This document shows, one piece after another, positions 7,419 to 17,144 of a stretch of DNA of 64,000 nt. How positions within the stretch are numbered: position 1 is the stretch's first letter; each line of letters begins with the position of its first letter. A program made the translations under genes and the position numbers. Below the pieces are notes generated by a model. That model saw only the letters and a list, made by a program, of their open reading frames with translations, was not told the DNA's origin and made no database searches. This DNA is from Patescibacteria group bacterium (GTDB lineage Bacteria > Patescibacteriota > Patescibacteriia > GWA2-46-9): positions 4,064 to 68,063 of the forward strand of contig JBAZXG010000005.1 of NCBI GenBank assembly GCA_041660005.1, given 5' to 3'.

Positions 7419-10174
7419 TGCGAAATATCACTTCCGTGGCATTTCTTGTATTTCACCGGGGTGCCATCTGCTTTAACCGCTCCGCACGGGCACGGTTCAT
7501 TTCTACCAATTTTTTCTGCATGAACTTGTACAGCGCTAGAGCTCACATTTCCACCTGCCGGCAAACCACCGTCAGCTGTTCGCTCTGACATGGTTTTGGC
7601 GGGTGCAGAGAAGGTTATGTTTTGCTTACGTTGAAGCGAAGGCGCCATGTTTGCTGCAGCCCGCACTTTATAAATACTGTACACAACTTGCTTACGAATG
7701 AGATCAAGGAGCTCAGCAAACAAACGGAATGCCTCTCGCTTATACTCAACCAGAGGGTCTCTCTGTCCGTATCCGCGTAGACCAATACCCTGCCGCAAAT
7801 GGTCCATGGCTTCTAGGTGCTCGATCCATAGGGAATCAATGGAGCGCAGTAGCAGTGAACGCTCAACGAGAAGAAAACCGTTCTTGTCGTCCTTGATGGC
7901 TTCGTTAATTTCTTTGGCAAGTTGCTCATAAGCTGTCTCTGCGTCTTTCAAAATCTGCGTTATGAGCGCGTCACGTTTAACAACAAGGGTATGCTCTTCC
8001 CCGCGACTACTGAGTTTTACAATTTCTTGCTCAGTGTCTGCAGAAACCGGATAAATCGTTCGCATCACTTCGCTAATTTCCTTAGTGTTCCAGTCACCGG
8101 TATTCTCACTACTGGTATGAAATGCTACCACCGTCTCGATCTCTTCCGTAATCATTTTTAATATTTCGGGACGCAGCAAATCCTCGCTCGTTTCCTCGCC
8201 GAGCTTGAAATTATCCAGAACACGATGGCGCATACGATAAATCGTTTCGCGATGCTTGTTGATAACGTCATCGTACTCAACTAAGTGCTTACGAATATCA
8301 AAGTTATGACCCTCAACCCTGCGCTGCGCCGATTCTAGAGCGCGCGAAACCATTTTGTTCTCAATCGGCATATCTTCAGGTACACCGAGGCGCTCCATCA
8401 TGGTTTTGATGCGCTCACTACTAAAAATGCGCATGAGGTCGTCCTCTAAACAAACGTAAAACTGAGATGACCCGGGGTCACCCTGTCTGCCGGAACGACC
8501 GCGCAATTGGTTGTCTATTCGCCGCGATTCATGACGTTCAGTTCCGATAACATGCAGCCCACCGGCTGCAACCACACGCTTATGCTCCTCCTCCCAGCGC
8601 GCCTGCTCTTCTGGACTTTCTGGCGCACCGTTAATGAGCTGCGGCGAAGAGCCGCCTAAGATAATGTCGACACCACGACCAGCCATGTTGGTTGCCAATG
8701 TCACCGCCCCAAATCTTCCCGCCTCGGCGATGATACTCGCTTCGCGCTCGTGGTTTTTTGCGTTAAGAACTTCATGTGGTACGCCAGCTTCCAATAGCAG
8801 CTGACTCAAATGTTCGTTTTTTTCAATTGATATCGTCCCAACGAGAACCGGCTGCCCTGTCTCGTGACGCGCTTTAATCTCGTCAATAACTGCCTTAAAT
8901 TTTCCGTGTTCGTTTTTATAGATACGATCAGACAGGTCACCCCGAACCATCGGGCGATGTGTTGGTATAACAACAACTTCCAACTTATAAATTTTATGAA
9001 ACTCCTCAGCTTCGGTCTCGGCTGTACCGGTCATGCCGGCAAGTTTTTCGTAAAGACGAAAATAATTCTGAAACGTTATCGTTGCTAACGTCTGGCTTTC
9101 TCGCTGAATTTTCACGTTTTCCTTGGCCTCAATTGCCTGGTGCAACCCCTCAGAATAACGCCGACCATACATAAGTCGCCCGGTAAACTCGTCAACAATG
9201 ATAACTTCATCGTCCTTCACAACATAGTCGCGATCTCTTTTATATAACCGTTCTGCTCTCAATGCTTGTTCGATGTGGTGAACAATCTCAAGACCACTAC
9301 CCGTATAGAGATTCTCAATATTAAGCAATTTCTCGAGCTTCGAAATCCCTAATGCGGTCAAGGTAGCCGCGCGCATCTTTTCGTCGACATTATCATCAAC
9401 CTCTGGCTCTAATTTCCTAATGAGTTGGGCGAACTGGTAATAGCGATCGTTGGATTCTTCAGCCGGAGCAGAAATAATGAGCGGCGTTCTCGCTTCGTCA
9501 ATAAGAATGCTATCCACCTCGTCGACAATGGCGTAGTGAAGCCCCCGCTGCACCCTGTCCTCAACGCGCGCAACCATGTTGTCGCGTAAATAATCAAAAC
9601 CAAATTCATTATTGGTGCCATAAGTTATATCGCAGGCATAGGCCTCTTTCCTGCTAACCGCTTCGAGTTCTTTTGTCTCTGGGTTATAGCGAAAGGCGGC
9701 ATCATGTTCAATTGAGCCCACCGACATACCCAGCATATCAAATACTGCACCCATCCACTGACACTGGAAACGGGCCAAATAATCGTTCACCGTAATCAAA
9801 TGGGCACCCCTACCCGTGAGCGCATTAGCATAAAGCGGCGCGGTTGCCGTTAACGTTTTACCTTCACCCGTACGCATTTCCGCAATGTTCCCACGATGCA
9901 ATATGACGCCACCCATGAGCTGCACATCAAAATGCCGCTGGTTAAGTGTGCGGCGCGCCGCTTCCCTTACCGAAGCAAAAGCTTCGGGTAATAAGTCGTC
10001 AAGTGATTCACCTTCGGCAAGACGACGCCTCAAGGTAACCGTTTGGGATCGAAGTTCTTCTGCGCTGAGCTTTGTACACGCTTCTTCGAATCCATTTATC
10101 ACATCAAGCGTAACCTGAACGTTTTTCAGCGCCCGGGCGTTGCTATCTCCAAATAATCTACTAATAATGCTCAC
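7412..10174 (-). CDS. secA: Preprotein translocase ATPase SecA
   Basis: EMRTGEGKT, DEVDSILIDEARTPLIIS, TNMAGRG, QLRGRSGRQGDPG, C-terminal GRNEPCPCG...KYKKCHG. Confidence 0.99.
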   Translation of the reverse strand: MSIISRLFGDSNARALKNVQVTLDVINGFEEACTKLSAEELRSQTVTLRRRLAEGESLDDLLPEAFASVREAARRTLNQRHFDVQLMGGVILHRGNIAEMRTGEGKTLTATAPLYANALTGRGAHLITVNDYLARFQCQWMGAVFDMLGMSVGSIEHDAAFRYNPETKELEAVSRKEAYACDITYGTNNEFGFDYLRDNMVARVEDRVQRGLHYAIVDEVDSILIDEARTPLIISAPAEESNDRYYQFAQLIRKLEPEVDDNVDEKMRAATLTALGISKLEKLLNIENLYTGSGLEIVHHIEQALRAERLYKRDRDYVVKDDEVIIVDEFTGRLMYGRRYSEGLHQAIEAKENVKIQRESQTLATITFQNYFRLYEKLAGMTGTAETEAEEFHKIYKLEVVVIPTHRPMVRGDLSDRIYKNEHGKFKAVIDEIKARHETGQPVLVGTISIEKNEHLSQLLLEAGVPHEVLNAKNHEREASIIAEAGRFGAVTLATNMAGRGVDIILGGSSPQLINGAPESPEEQARWEEEHKRVVAAGGLHVIGTERHESRRIDNQLRGRSGRQGDPGSSQFYVCLEDDLMRIFSSERIKTMMERLGVPEDMPIENKMVSRALESAQRRVEGHNFDIRKHLVEYDDVINKHRETIYRMRHRVLDNFKLGEETSEDLLRPEILKMITEEIETVVAFHTSSENTGDWNTKEISEVMRTIYPVSADTEQEIVKLSSRGEEHTLVVKRDALITQILKDAETAYEQLAKEINEAIKDDKNGFLLVERSLLLRSIDSLWIEHLEAMDHLRQGIGLRGYGQRDPLVEYKREAFRLFAELLDLIRKQVVYSIYKVRAAANMAPSLQRKQNITFSAPAKTMSERTADGGLPAGGNVSSSAVQVHAEKIGRNEPCPCGAVKADGTPVKYKKCHGSDISQS

Positions 10175-10192
10175 AAACTGTATGCTTTAATA

Positions 10193-10360
10193 ATAAATGG
10201 TATTAACCCAAGGGCAAACCCCTGGATTTCTCAATCCGCCAGTTGGCGGATTGAGAAAGAAAGCGCGGCTGGTCCGCGCGGGGTATTAAACCCTTTGACG
10301 CCTGCGCCGCACAGAAATACAAACTGCTATTTGCACTTCGCTCACTATCCTCGGCAATAA
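10193..10360 (-). mobile_element. Dispersed ~168-bp structured repeat, copy A (MITE/PATE-like or ncRNA)
   Basis: Reverse complement TTATTGCCGAGGATAG...AATACCATTTAT aligns end to end with 33991-34158 and 46370-46536. Confidence 0.7.
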
Positions 10361-10418
10361 TTCCTCGATCCAAGCATGGTCGAAGAGCACAAACAATGAA
10401 CAGAAATCAATTTTATTG

Positions 10419-10742
10419 CTAGAACGACTTTCTGTCACGCTTCATTTTTTTTGTTTTGAACCGGCTCATTTCTTTTTTAAGTTCATCACGCAAGATATCA
10501 ATTGCGCCATAGAGGTCTGCAGCTGAAGCCTCTGCATAAAACGAATGCCCAGGCACAAACGCCTTCGCACTGCTGCGAAAAAGATTTTCGCCTTTTTGAT
10601 GATGTTGCGTCGTTCGCTCTAGCTCAACATCCATGCGTAAGGTCTCTGGATAAAATTTGACCAGGCCGCCGATTTTATTTTGCGTATACTCCGCGAGCGC
10701 GGTAGTCACGTCAACATTAATACCTTTTATTGCTACCTGCAT
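10419..10742 (-). CDS. hpf: Ribosome hibernation promoting factor (short HPF/RaiA)
   Basis: MQVAIKGINVDVTTALAEY...ADLYGAIDI; start corrected to ATG 10742. Confidence 0.9.
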   Translation of the reverse strand: MQVAIKGINVDVTTALAEYTQNKIGGLVKFYPETLRMDVELERTTQHHQKGENLFRSSAKAFVPGHSFYAEASAADLYGAIDILRDELKKEMSRFKTKKMKRDRKSF

Positions 10743-10785
10743 ATTAAAAATAACGTACCATAAAAAAACCCATTCTGCAAGCGCT

Positions 10786-11886
10786 TTATTGCCTAAAAAC
10801 GGACGGCAGTGTGTCAAAACCGACGCACTCTGCCTCTGGAAATAGACGTACGCCAAAATGTTCAAAAACTGCGGCTTGAATGTCCGTTGCTAAGTTAATG
10901 ACATCATTTGCCGACGCATGGGAAAGATTAACAATGGCCAATGCCTGCTTTGACGACAAACCGACTGAACCCCTCTGGTAGCCTTTAGGGAAGCCCGCCT
11001 GCTCAATCAACCAGGCAGCCGAAAGCTTCACTTTACCGTCAGCACTTGGCCAGCGCACCAGTTTAAGGTTTCTAACTTTTAACTGCTCATCTAATGCGTT
11101 ACTTTGCTCCAAGCTTATTACTGGGTTGGTAAAAAAAGAACCGACGCTGCGACTATAGGGTTCGTCCGTGCTCAAAACCATGGCTTTCTTTTTTCTGAGT
11201 GTTAGCACTGCAGCGCGAATTGCTTCGAGGGTGGGTTCTTCTCCACGCTCAGCGAGCAAACTACGTAGCTCTTCGTATTTTACACTACCCGTTTCCGATG
11301 AAAGCAAAGAAAAGGTTACGGTCATAACAACATAGCGCTTCCGCCATAAACGTTTAAAATTGCTGGTGCGATAGCCAAAGCCGCATTCTTTTTTACTCAA
11401 ATCTACGACCCTCTGTTGCTCGGTATCATAAACACGCACGGACACTATACTTTCACCAACTTCTTGCCCATAAGCGCCAATATTTTGTACCGGCGTAGCG
11501 CCAACGCTTCCGGGAATACCGCTCAAACACTCCACGCCGCTTAAGCCCTTTTGAACGCAAAGCGATACAAAAGTATCCCACGAGACAGCTGCCTCGGCTT
11601 TGACCTCGACCCTCCCACTAAGAGGCTCAGAAAAATGGATGCTCTTAGCCACGAAGCGAACAACGAGACCACGATAACCAGTATCCGAAAAAAGTATATT
11701 ACTGCCATCGCCCAAAACAAAAAAATCAAGACGCTGTTTTTTTGCACTCTCAATCGCCCACACCAATTCCTCCTCAGTCTTTGCTTCAAAATAGTAATCA
11801 GCCGGCCCGCCAATTTCTATCGATGAATGCTCGGAAAGTGGCTCATTCGTTATAACCCGTGAAGCGCTGACGCCGGTAAAAATCAT
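10786..11886 (-). CDS. murB: UDP-N-acetylenolpyruvoylglucosamine reductase
   Basis: IGGPA, LGDGSN, GIPGSVGATPVQNIGAYG, GSFFTNP. Confidence 0.96.
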   Translation of the reverse strand: MIFTGVSASRVITNEPLSEHSSIEIGGPADYYFEAKTEEELVWAIESAKKQRLDFFVLGDGSNILFSDTGYRGLVVRFVAKSIHFSEPLSGRVEVKAEAAVSWDTFVSLCVQKGLSGVECLSGIPGSVGATPVQNIGAYGQEVGESIVSVRVYDTEQQRVVDLSKKECGFGYRTSNFKRLWRKRYVVMTVTFSLLSSETGSVKYEELRSLLAERGEEPTLEAIRAAVLTLRKKKAMVLSTDEPYSRSVGSFFTNPVISLEQSNALDEQLKVRNLKLVRWPSADGKVKLSAAWLIEQAGFPKGYQRGSVGLSSKQALAIVNLSHASANDVINLATDIQAAVFEHFGVRLFPEAECVGFDTLPSVFRQ

Positions 11887-11890
11887 AGCA

Positions 11891-13276
11891 TTAACGAATG
11901 AGCATATCGGCAACGCGCCAGACATCCCCGGCGCCCATGGTTATGAGTACCCCTTTGCCGGTTTCTTTTTTGGCAACGAGACTGGCCTCCTCAAGACTTC
12001 CTACCCCAACCGCATGCCCCGGATTCACTGCATTAATCGCCGCAACAAGCATGGCGTGGTCTACCCTCCCCTTGTCTTCACGAGCGGAAGCATAAATTGG
12101 CGGAACGATAACAAGATCGGCTTCACCCAAAGACTCCGCAAAATCAGGAAGCAACTGTTCTGTGCGACTGTAGGTGTGCGCTTGAAAAACAACCACAATG
12201 CGACGCTCCGAATACCCTTTTCGTACGGCGCGAACAACTGAACGAATTTCTGAAGGGTGATGCGCATAGTCGTCAATCACCACCATTGACCCAAATGCAC
12301 CGCGTCGCTCGAAACGCCTGGCGGTGCCTCGATAGTGCTCCAAGGATCTGCCAATAATTTTTGAAGATACCCCCGCCTTGTCCGCCATGACTAACGCGGC
12401 AAGAGCATCAAGAGCGTAATGCTTGCCCGGAAAATTAAGGGAGAATTCTCCATGCAAAACGTTATGCTTGTATACGCGAAAGTTTGTCACGCCTTCTTTA
12501 ACTTGAACGTTTTTAAGTTGCCAATCATTCTTTTTATCTTCACCAAAAGTAACGACTGATGCGGAACAACCTTTGACTAAACTTTTAGAGACAGGATCGT
12601 CACCATTAATAATGAGCGTACCGTCTGCGGGCAAACGCTTTACAAACTCGGCAAAAACAGCGAGATAGGCGGCTTCGTTTTTAAAGAAATCTGGATGGTC
12701 ATAATCAACGTTCGTAATAATGATATGACGAGGTGCGTAGAACTGAAATTTGTTTTGATACTCATCAGCCTCAAAAACAAACCAATCCCCACTACCGGAA
12801 CGTGCATTTTTTCCCCAGGCGGTTACCGGTGCACCGATTAACGCCGTTGGATCAATGCCTCCTTCTTCAAGCATGTGTGCAAGCAATGCCGTGGTCGTGG
12901 TTTTACCGTGAGACCCGGCAACCGCTACCGAATTCCGATAACTCAACGCCAGCACACCGAGTACTTCGGGATAACTCCACTCTGGCAGAGATAAATCTCT
13001 GGCCGCCTCGCGCTCAATATGGTTTGGTGCGTAGGCTGTTGAATAAACAATCGCGTCAATAATCGAAGTAATGTTGCTTTTCGAAAAACCCTCAGCAACC
13101 GAAATGTTTGACGAGCGCAGTACTTCATCGGTCTGAAAAGATTCCATTGTGTCAGAACCGCTGACTACATACCCTTGCGCTTGTAGCAGCGCTGCTAAGC
13201 CAGTCATTCCTACACCTTTAATGCCAATAAGATGTATGCGTGCCGGTGGGTTAGGAAATTGAGTTTCTGCAGTCAT
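11891..13276 (-). CDS. murC: UDP-N-acetylmuramate--L-alanine ligase
   Basis: HLIGIKGVGM, GSHGKTTTT, EADEY, DDYAHHP, HTYSRT, GAGD. Confidence 0.96.
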   Translation of the reverse strand: MTAETQFPNPPARIHLIGIKGVGMTGLAALLQAQGYVVSGSDTMESFQTDEVLRSSNISVAEGFSKSNITSIIDAIVYSTAYAPNHIEREAARDLSLPEWSYPEVLGVLALSYRNSVAVAGSHGKTTTTALLAHMLEEGGIDPTALIGAPVTAWGKNARSGSGDWFVFEADEYQNKFQFYAPRHIIITNVDYDHPDFFKNEAAYLAVFAEFVKRLPADGTLIINGDDPVSKSLVKGCSASVVTFGEDKKNDWQLKNVQVKEGVTNFRVYKHNVLHGEFSLNFPGKHYALDALAALVMADKAGVSSKIIGRSLEHYRGTARRFERRGAFGSMVVIDDYAHHPSEIRSVVRAVRKGYSERRIVVVFQAHTYSRTEQLLPDFAESLGEADLVIVPPIYASAREDKGRVDHAMLVAAINAVNPGHAVGVGSLEEASLVAKKETGKGVLITMGAGDVWRVADMLIR

Positions 13277-13283
13277 AACAACC

Positions 13284-14342
13284 CTAGGTTATGAGTTTGC
13301 GAACAATTGCTAAAAAAAACTGTGTGCCGTCAGGTATTAGCGCGTGCAAACGCTCACCCATTTCAAGACGGTGCTCTGGGTTATCAAGAAGGTCCGTTAC
13401 CGTATGAACAAGGGCATCTGCAGTCAATTTCTCTTGGTTACAAATAACTGCCGCAGAATGCTTTTCAAGAACGGCAGCATTGTCTTCTTGGTGTGAATGA
13501 GGAATCGGCACGACAATTGTAGCTTTTTTTAGTGCTGCCGCTTCGGAAAGATTAGCCATACCGGCTCTCGTTATGACAACATCGGCCGCACGGTTAATGT
13601 CCGGCCAGTCAGCAATAGAGAGATCAATGGCACGATACCTTTCGTTTCGAATATCTGTGCGCAACTTACCGCGTCCCGTCAAATGAATGACATACGCTTT
13701 TAGAGTCAGTGCCGGTAATGCCTCAATGACGATATTATTCAATGCGAGTGACCCTGTTCCCCCACCCGTAACGAGAAGGATGGGTATTGATGGGGAAAAT
13801 GCAAAGCGTTTCAACAACGATTCTTTGGTACCACCATAACTCGATGGACGAATTAAATTACCAATTGTTTCAGCGCCCTCTTTGGGCCATACGCTCGTCC
13901 GCTTGCTAGCCGTAAAACGAACGAGCTTATTGGCTAATCCATCACGACTATCTTGCTCATGCACCAAAACGGATATCCTTAAACACCACGCCGCCCAAGC
14001 AACGGGAACAGCAACATATCCGCCGGCCGATACAACGAGCGCGGGGCGAATGAACGACAAAAGAAACAGTGCTTGCACAAAACCAAACAACGTTAGAAAT
14101 GGACTTATAAAATTATAAATACTCCAATAACGCCTAAGTTTGCCGCAAATGATTTTATAGAAAGGTACTTTGTAGGTGGCCACTATATCATGCTCAGGCC
14201 CGCTAAACGTACCCATCCAGACGAATTGCTCCTGATCATGTGTAGACGCTTCTCGTGCAGCTTCAATCAAAGCGAGAAGTGGCGTAACCGAACCAAGGGT
14301 GCCCCCACCAGCTAAAACAATAGTGCGCTTTTGAGGTGTCAT
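13284..14342 (-). CDS. murG: Lipid II GlcNAc transferase MurG
   Basis: GGGTLGSVTP, GGYVAVP, HEQD, GGGTGS, HQEDNA. Confidence 0.94.
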   Translation of the reverse strand: MTPQKRTIVLAGGGTLGSVTPLLALIEAAREASTHDQEQFVWMGTFSGPEHDIVATYKVPFYKIICGKLRRYWSIYNFISPFLTLFGFVQALFLLSFIRPALVVSAGGYVAVPVAWAAWCLRISVLVHEQDSRDGLANKLVRFTASKRTSVWPKEGAETIGNLIRPSSYGGTKESLLKRFAFSPSIPILLVTGGGTGSLALNNIVIEALPALTLKAYVIHLTGRGKLRTDIRNERYRAIDLSIADWPDINRAADVVITRAGMANLSEAAALKKATIVVPIPHSHQEDNAAVLEKHSAAVICNQEKLTADALVHTVTDLLDNPEHRLEMGERLHALIPDGTQFFLAIVRKLIT

Positions 14343-15457
14343 ACTTCTTTGGCGTGTCTTGATATATTCGTGAGCATTCCAACCGCTGTAATGGAAACGG
14401 CGAGCGCCGTACCGCCATAGCTGACAAAGGGAAGCGGCAACCCTGTGAGCGGCAACAGGCCAAGCATGGCACTGATATTAATGATGGATTGCATCATAAA
14501 CCAGAGCACAATCCCCGCCCCCAGATACCGTCCAAAATCATCAGGTGCCCGGGCGGCGATCTTTAACCCGCGAATAAAAACATAAACCAAGAGAAGAATG
14601 AATAAGATAGAAAGTGCAAAGCCAAGCTCTTCTCCAATAATGGCAAAGATTGAGTCCCCGCTTGCTTCAGGCAGATACTGGAACTTTGCTTGCGAGTGCC
14701 CATACCCCCTACCCCAAAAACCTCCAGAACCAATCGCCAAAAAAGCTTGATTAATGTGATACCCGATGCCTTGTGGGTCAAGCGCTGGGTTCAGAAAGGT
14801 AAGAAGCCGTTTCAAGCGATAGGATTCGAATACGACAAGCGCACCAATGGATGCTGCGCCAGTAATCGTCAATAATAACATGTGGCGCAGGGGCGCACCT
14901 GCCAAGAAGTAGAGTGCAACAATGGCTAAACCAATAGCCATGGCAGTGCCAAGATCCGGCTCTAAAATGATGAGGCCAAGTACCGTACCCAAAAGTAACA
15001 TAAAGGGCACGAAACCTTGTTTAAAACTTTTTAGTTCTTCTTGCTTACTGGAAAACCAGGAAGCCATGTAGATAACGAAGGCGAGTTTGGCAAATTCGCT
15101 CGGTTGAAACGAGATGCCAGCAATTGATATCCAGCGGCGCGCACCGCCGTAGACTTGACCAAGACCCGGCACTAGTACCAAGACAAGCAAAATAACAGCC
15201 AGGGAAAAAAACGGAAGAGCAAAACGGCGTAAATTGCGGTAGTCAACAAAGTAGAAAAAACCAAAACCCAAAAGTCCGGGAACGACCCCTAAGGAAAACT
15301 GGCGTTTTAAGTAATAGTAAGCATCGCCAAAACGGCTAAATGCGGTGGCGGAACTTGCGGAAGAAAGCATCAGAAGCCCAAAAACAAGCAAAATACCCAC
15401 CGCAATGAGAAAGCGGTAATCTGGAGCACCGTTGCTTTGCCTTGAAAAACGACTCAC
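14339..15457 (-). CDS. ftsW: SEDS peptidoglycan polymerase FtsW
   Basis: GARRWI, FQPSEFAK, EPDLGT, AIGSGG, IIGEELG, LPFVSYGG. Confidence 0.95.
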   Translation of the reverse strand: MSRFSRQSNGAPDYRFLIAVGILLVFGLLMLSSASSATAFSRFGDAYYYLKRQFSLGVVPGLLGFGFFYFVDYRNLRRFALPFFSLAVILLVLVLVPGLGQVYGGARRWISIAGISFQPSEFAKLAFVIYMASWFSSKQEELKSFKQGFVPFMLLLGTVLGLIILEPDLGTAMAIGLAIVALYFLAGAPLRHMLLLTITGAASIGALVVFESYRLKRLLTFLNPALDPQGIGYHINQAFLAIGSGGFWGRGYGHSQAKFQYLPEASGDSIFAIIGEELGFALSILFILLLVYVFIRGLKIAARAPDDFGRYLGAGIVLWFMMQSIINISAMLGLLPLTGLPLPFVSYGGTALAVSITAVGMLTNISRHAKEV

Positions 15458-16509
15458 AGCTTCACGCGGTCAATGAGGAAAAAAGCGAGGCCCAACATAG
15501 TCATAACACCCGTAATGAGCCAGAAGCGCATTACAATTTTCGGCTCAATCCAACCAATTGCTTCCAGGTGGTGGTGTAAGGGCGAGGAGAGAAACACTTT
15601 TTTTCCAAAAAACTTTTTAGAAGCGACCTGCACCAACACCGACCCAGACTCTATGACGAGAATAAAACCAAAAAGCGGCAGCAAGAGTGCGGTATTCGTC
15701 AGCATAGCGAGAACACCCACAACAACACCCAAGGACATTGCCCCCGTGTCACCCATAAAAAAACGTGCTGGGTGAATATTAAACCAAAGAAATGCCAACA
15801 GCGCACCCGAGAGAACCGCAATAAAAGCAGCGAGATCGTAGCGATCCTGCGCAAAACTAATGATTGAATAGGCAACAAGGACGATAAGCAGAACCCCACC
15901 GGCTAGCCCGTCGAGCCCGTCGACTTCGTTCACAGAAAAAGCCGTTGCAACAATGACCACAAAAAAAACCAAAAGATACCACCAGCCAATGGTGATGTCG
16001 CCTACGAGTGGAATATGAATGGTGTCCCAACCAAGTTTAAAGTAAAACCACCAAGCACCGATGGCAGCGATAACCGCATACAGGAGTAGACGGTGCTTTA
16101 CCGTGAGCCCGCCGCTCGTTGCGCCAAGTTTCCAAACATTCAAGACGTCATCGACAAATCCAACAAGCGCTGCCGCAATGAGGACGCCAAGCGGCAGCCA
16201 AGTTTCAGCGCGCGTTAAAAAATTGAGCGCACCGAAGCGCTCAGGGACCGTTGCCGCTAAAGCCCAAAACAATAAAGTAATAACGCTCGCCGTAACCCAA
16301 ACAAGCACACCGCCCATGGTCGGCGTACCTTGCTTATGCGAGTGCAGCTTAGAATAGACAGGTGTCTCGCCGGTTGAACGAACCGACTTACCGACGCGAT
16401 AACGATATAACAAGCTCGTTAAGAGCGGCGTCCAGGCCATGGCAAGCGCAAAGGACAGCACTGCCAAAAGAAGCATTCGTAAAATCGCAAAAAGCGCTAC
16501 CGTTGACAT
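15454..16509 (-). CDS. mraY: Phospho-N-acetylmuramoyl-pentapeptide transferase
   Basis: KQGTPTMGG, GFVDD, NEVDGLDGL, FMGDTG, PLHHHLE. Confidence 0.97.
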   Translation of the reverse strand: MSTVALFAILRMLLLAVLSFALAMAWTPLLTSLLYRYRVGKSVRSTGETPVYSKLHSHKQGTPTMGGVLVWVTASVITLLFWALAATVPERFGALNFLTRAETWLPLGVLIAAALVGFVDDVLNVWKLGATSGGLTVKHRLLLYAVIAAIGAWWFYFKLGWDTIHIPLVGDITIGWWYLLVFFVVIVATAFSVNEVDGLDGLAGGVLLIVLVAYSIISFAQDRYDLAAFIAVLSGALLAFLWFNIHPARFFMGDTGAMSLGVVVGVLAMLTNTALLLPLFGFILVIESGSVLVQVASKKFFGKKVFLSSPLHHHLEAIGWIEPKIVMRFWLITGVMTMLGLAFFLIDRVKL

Positions 16510-16515
16510 ATAAAA

Positions 16516-16881
16516 TTATACGTTAACGTAGATGATCAATGCGCTCGCTGTTGTAATGAGTACGGTTATGACAACCGTACCAACAGCTAAGAAGTAACTC
16601 GTGGGAGCATCGCGGTGCCAGACAAAAAGCCCCACAGCCGCGTTAATGGCTGTGAGCACTATACCCACAACCGGAAGAAGAATCGCCGTTTGCCAACTTC
16701 CCAAGAAATCAATGCCGAAGTAGACGTTGTAATGTAATGAAAGTGCGTCTTCACGGGGCAAATAACGAAACATAGTAAATGCCGACAAAAGACACAGCGT
16801 CATGCTCGCGCCGTACGCGTATAAATTCCAGCGATCTCTAAAAAAAAGGCGTGCCAAGGCAAGAAAACGAGAACTATTCAT
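16516..16881 (-). CDS. Small three-TM hypothetical membrane protein
   Basis: LHYNVYFGIDFLG motif; heads the mraY operon; TGcTAGGAT lies 6 nt before the ATG. Confidence 0.75.
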   Translation of the reverse strand: MNSSRFLALARLFFRDRWNLYAYGASMTLCLLSAFTMFRYLPREDALSLHYNVYFGIDFLGSWQTAILLPVVGIVLTAINAAVGLFVWHRDAPTSYFLAVGTVVITVLITTASALIIYVNV

Positions 16882-16914
16882 ACCTGCATCCTAGCATACA
16901 GCTCTATTCGGACA

Positions 16915-17032
16915 AGCGCCTTACTGGGTCGTCTTTTCAATTCGCACTCGCCCAGTTACAATTATGGAGGTCGAATGACAGAGAAATCGGTCATTATTGA
17001 GGCGCTAGCGACAGACCAGCTAACACTCCATA
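16915..17032. ncRNA. Candidate pseudoknotted structured RNA, family unknown
   Basis: Six complementary segment pairs tile about 118 nt of intergenic DNA (see findings). Confidence 0.4.
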
Positions 17033-17126
17033 CCGCAATTCGCAAAGTTTAAATTGAAATTTTCGATTTATCGTACTCGTTCTTTAGGTATTTGCACTGC
17101 ATTACCTTTTGTTTGACTATAATCAA

Positions 17127-17144
17127 TGGTATACTTTAGATATG
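17127..17144 (+). promoter_or_regulatory. Extended -10 promoter, leaderless geometry, for pilB
   Basis: TGgTATACT-ttagat-ATG. Confidence 0.65.

Noticed and set aside
16915-17034. Assignment as a glmS ribozyme, fluoride riboswitch or HDV-like ribozyme
   Set aside because: Only partial resemblance; the diagnostic conserved nucleotides and junctions are missing, so it is kept as unclassified
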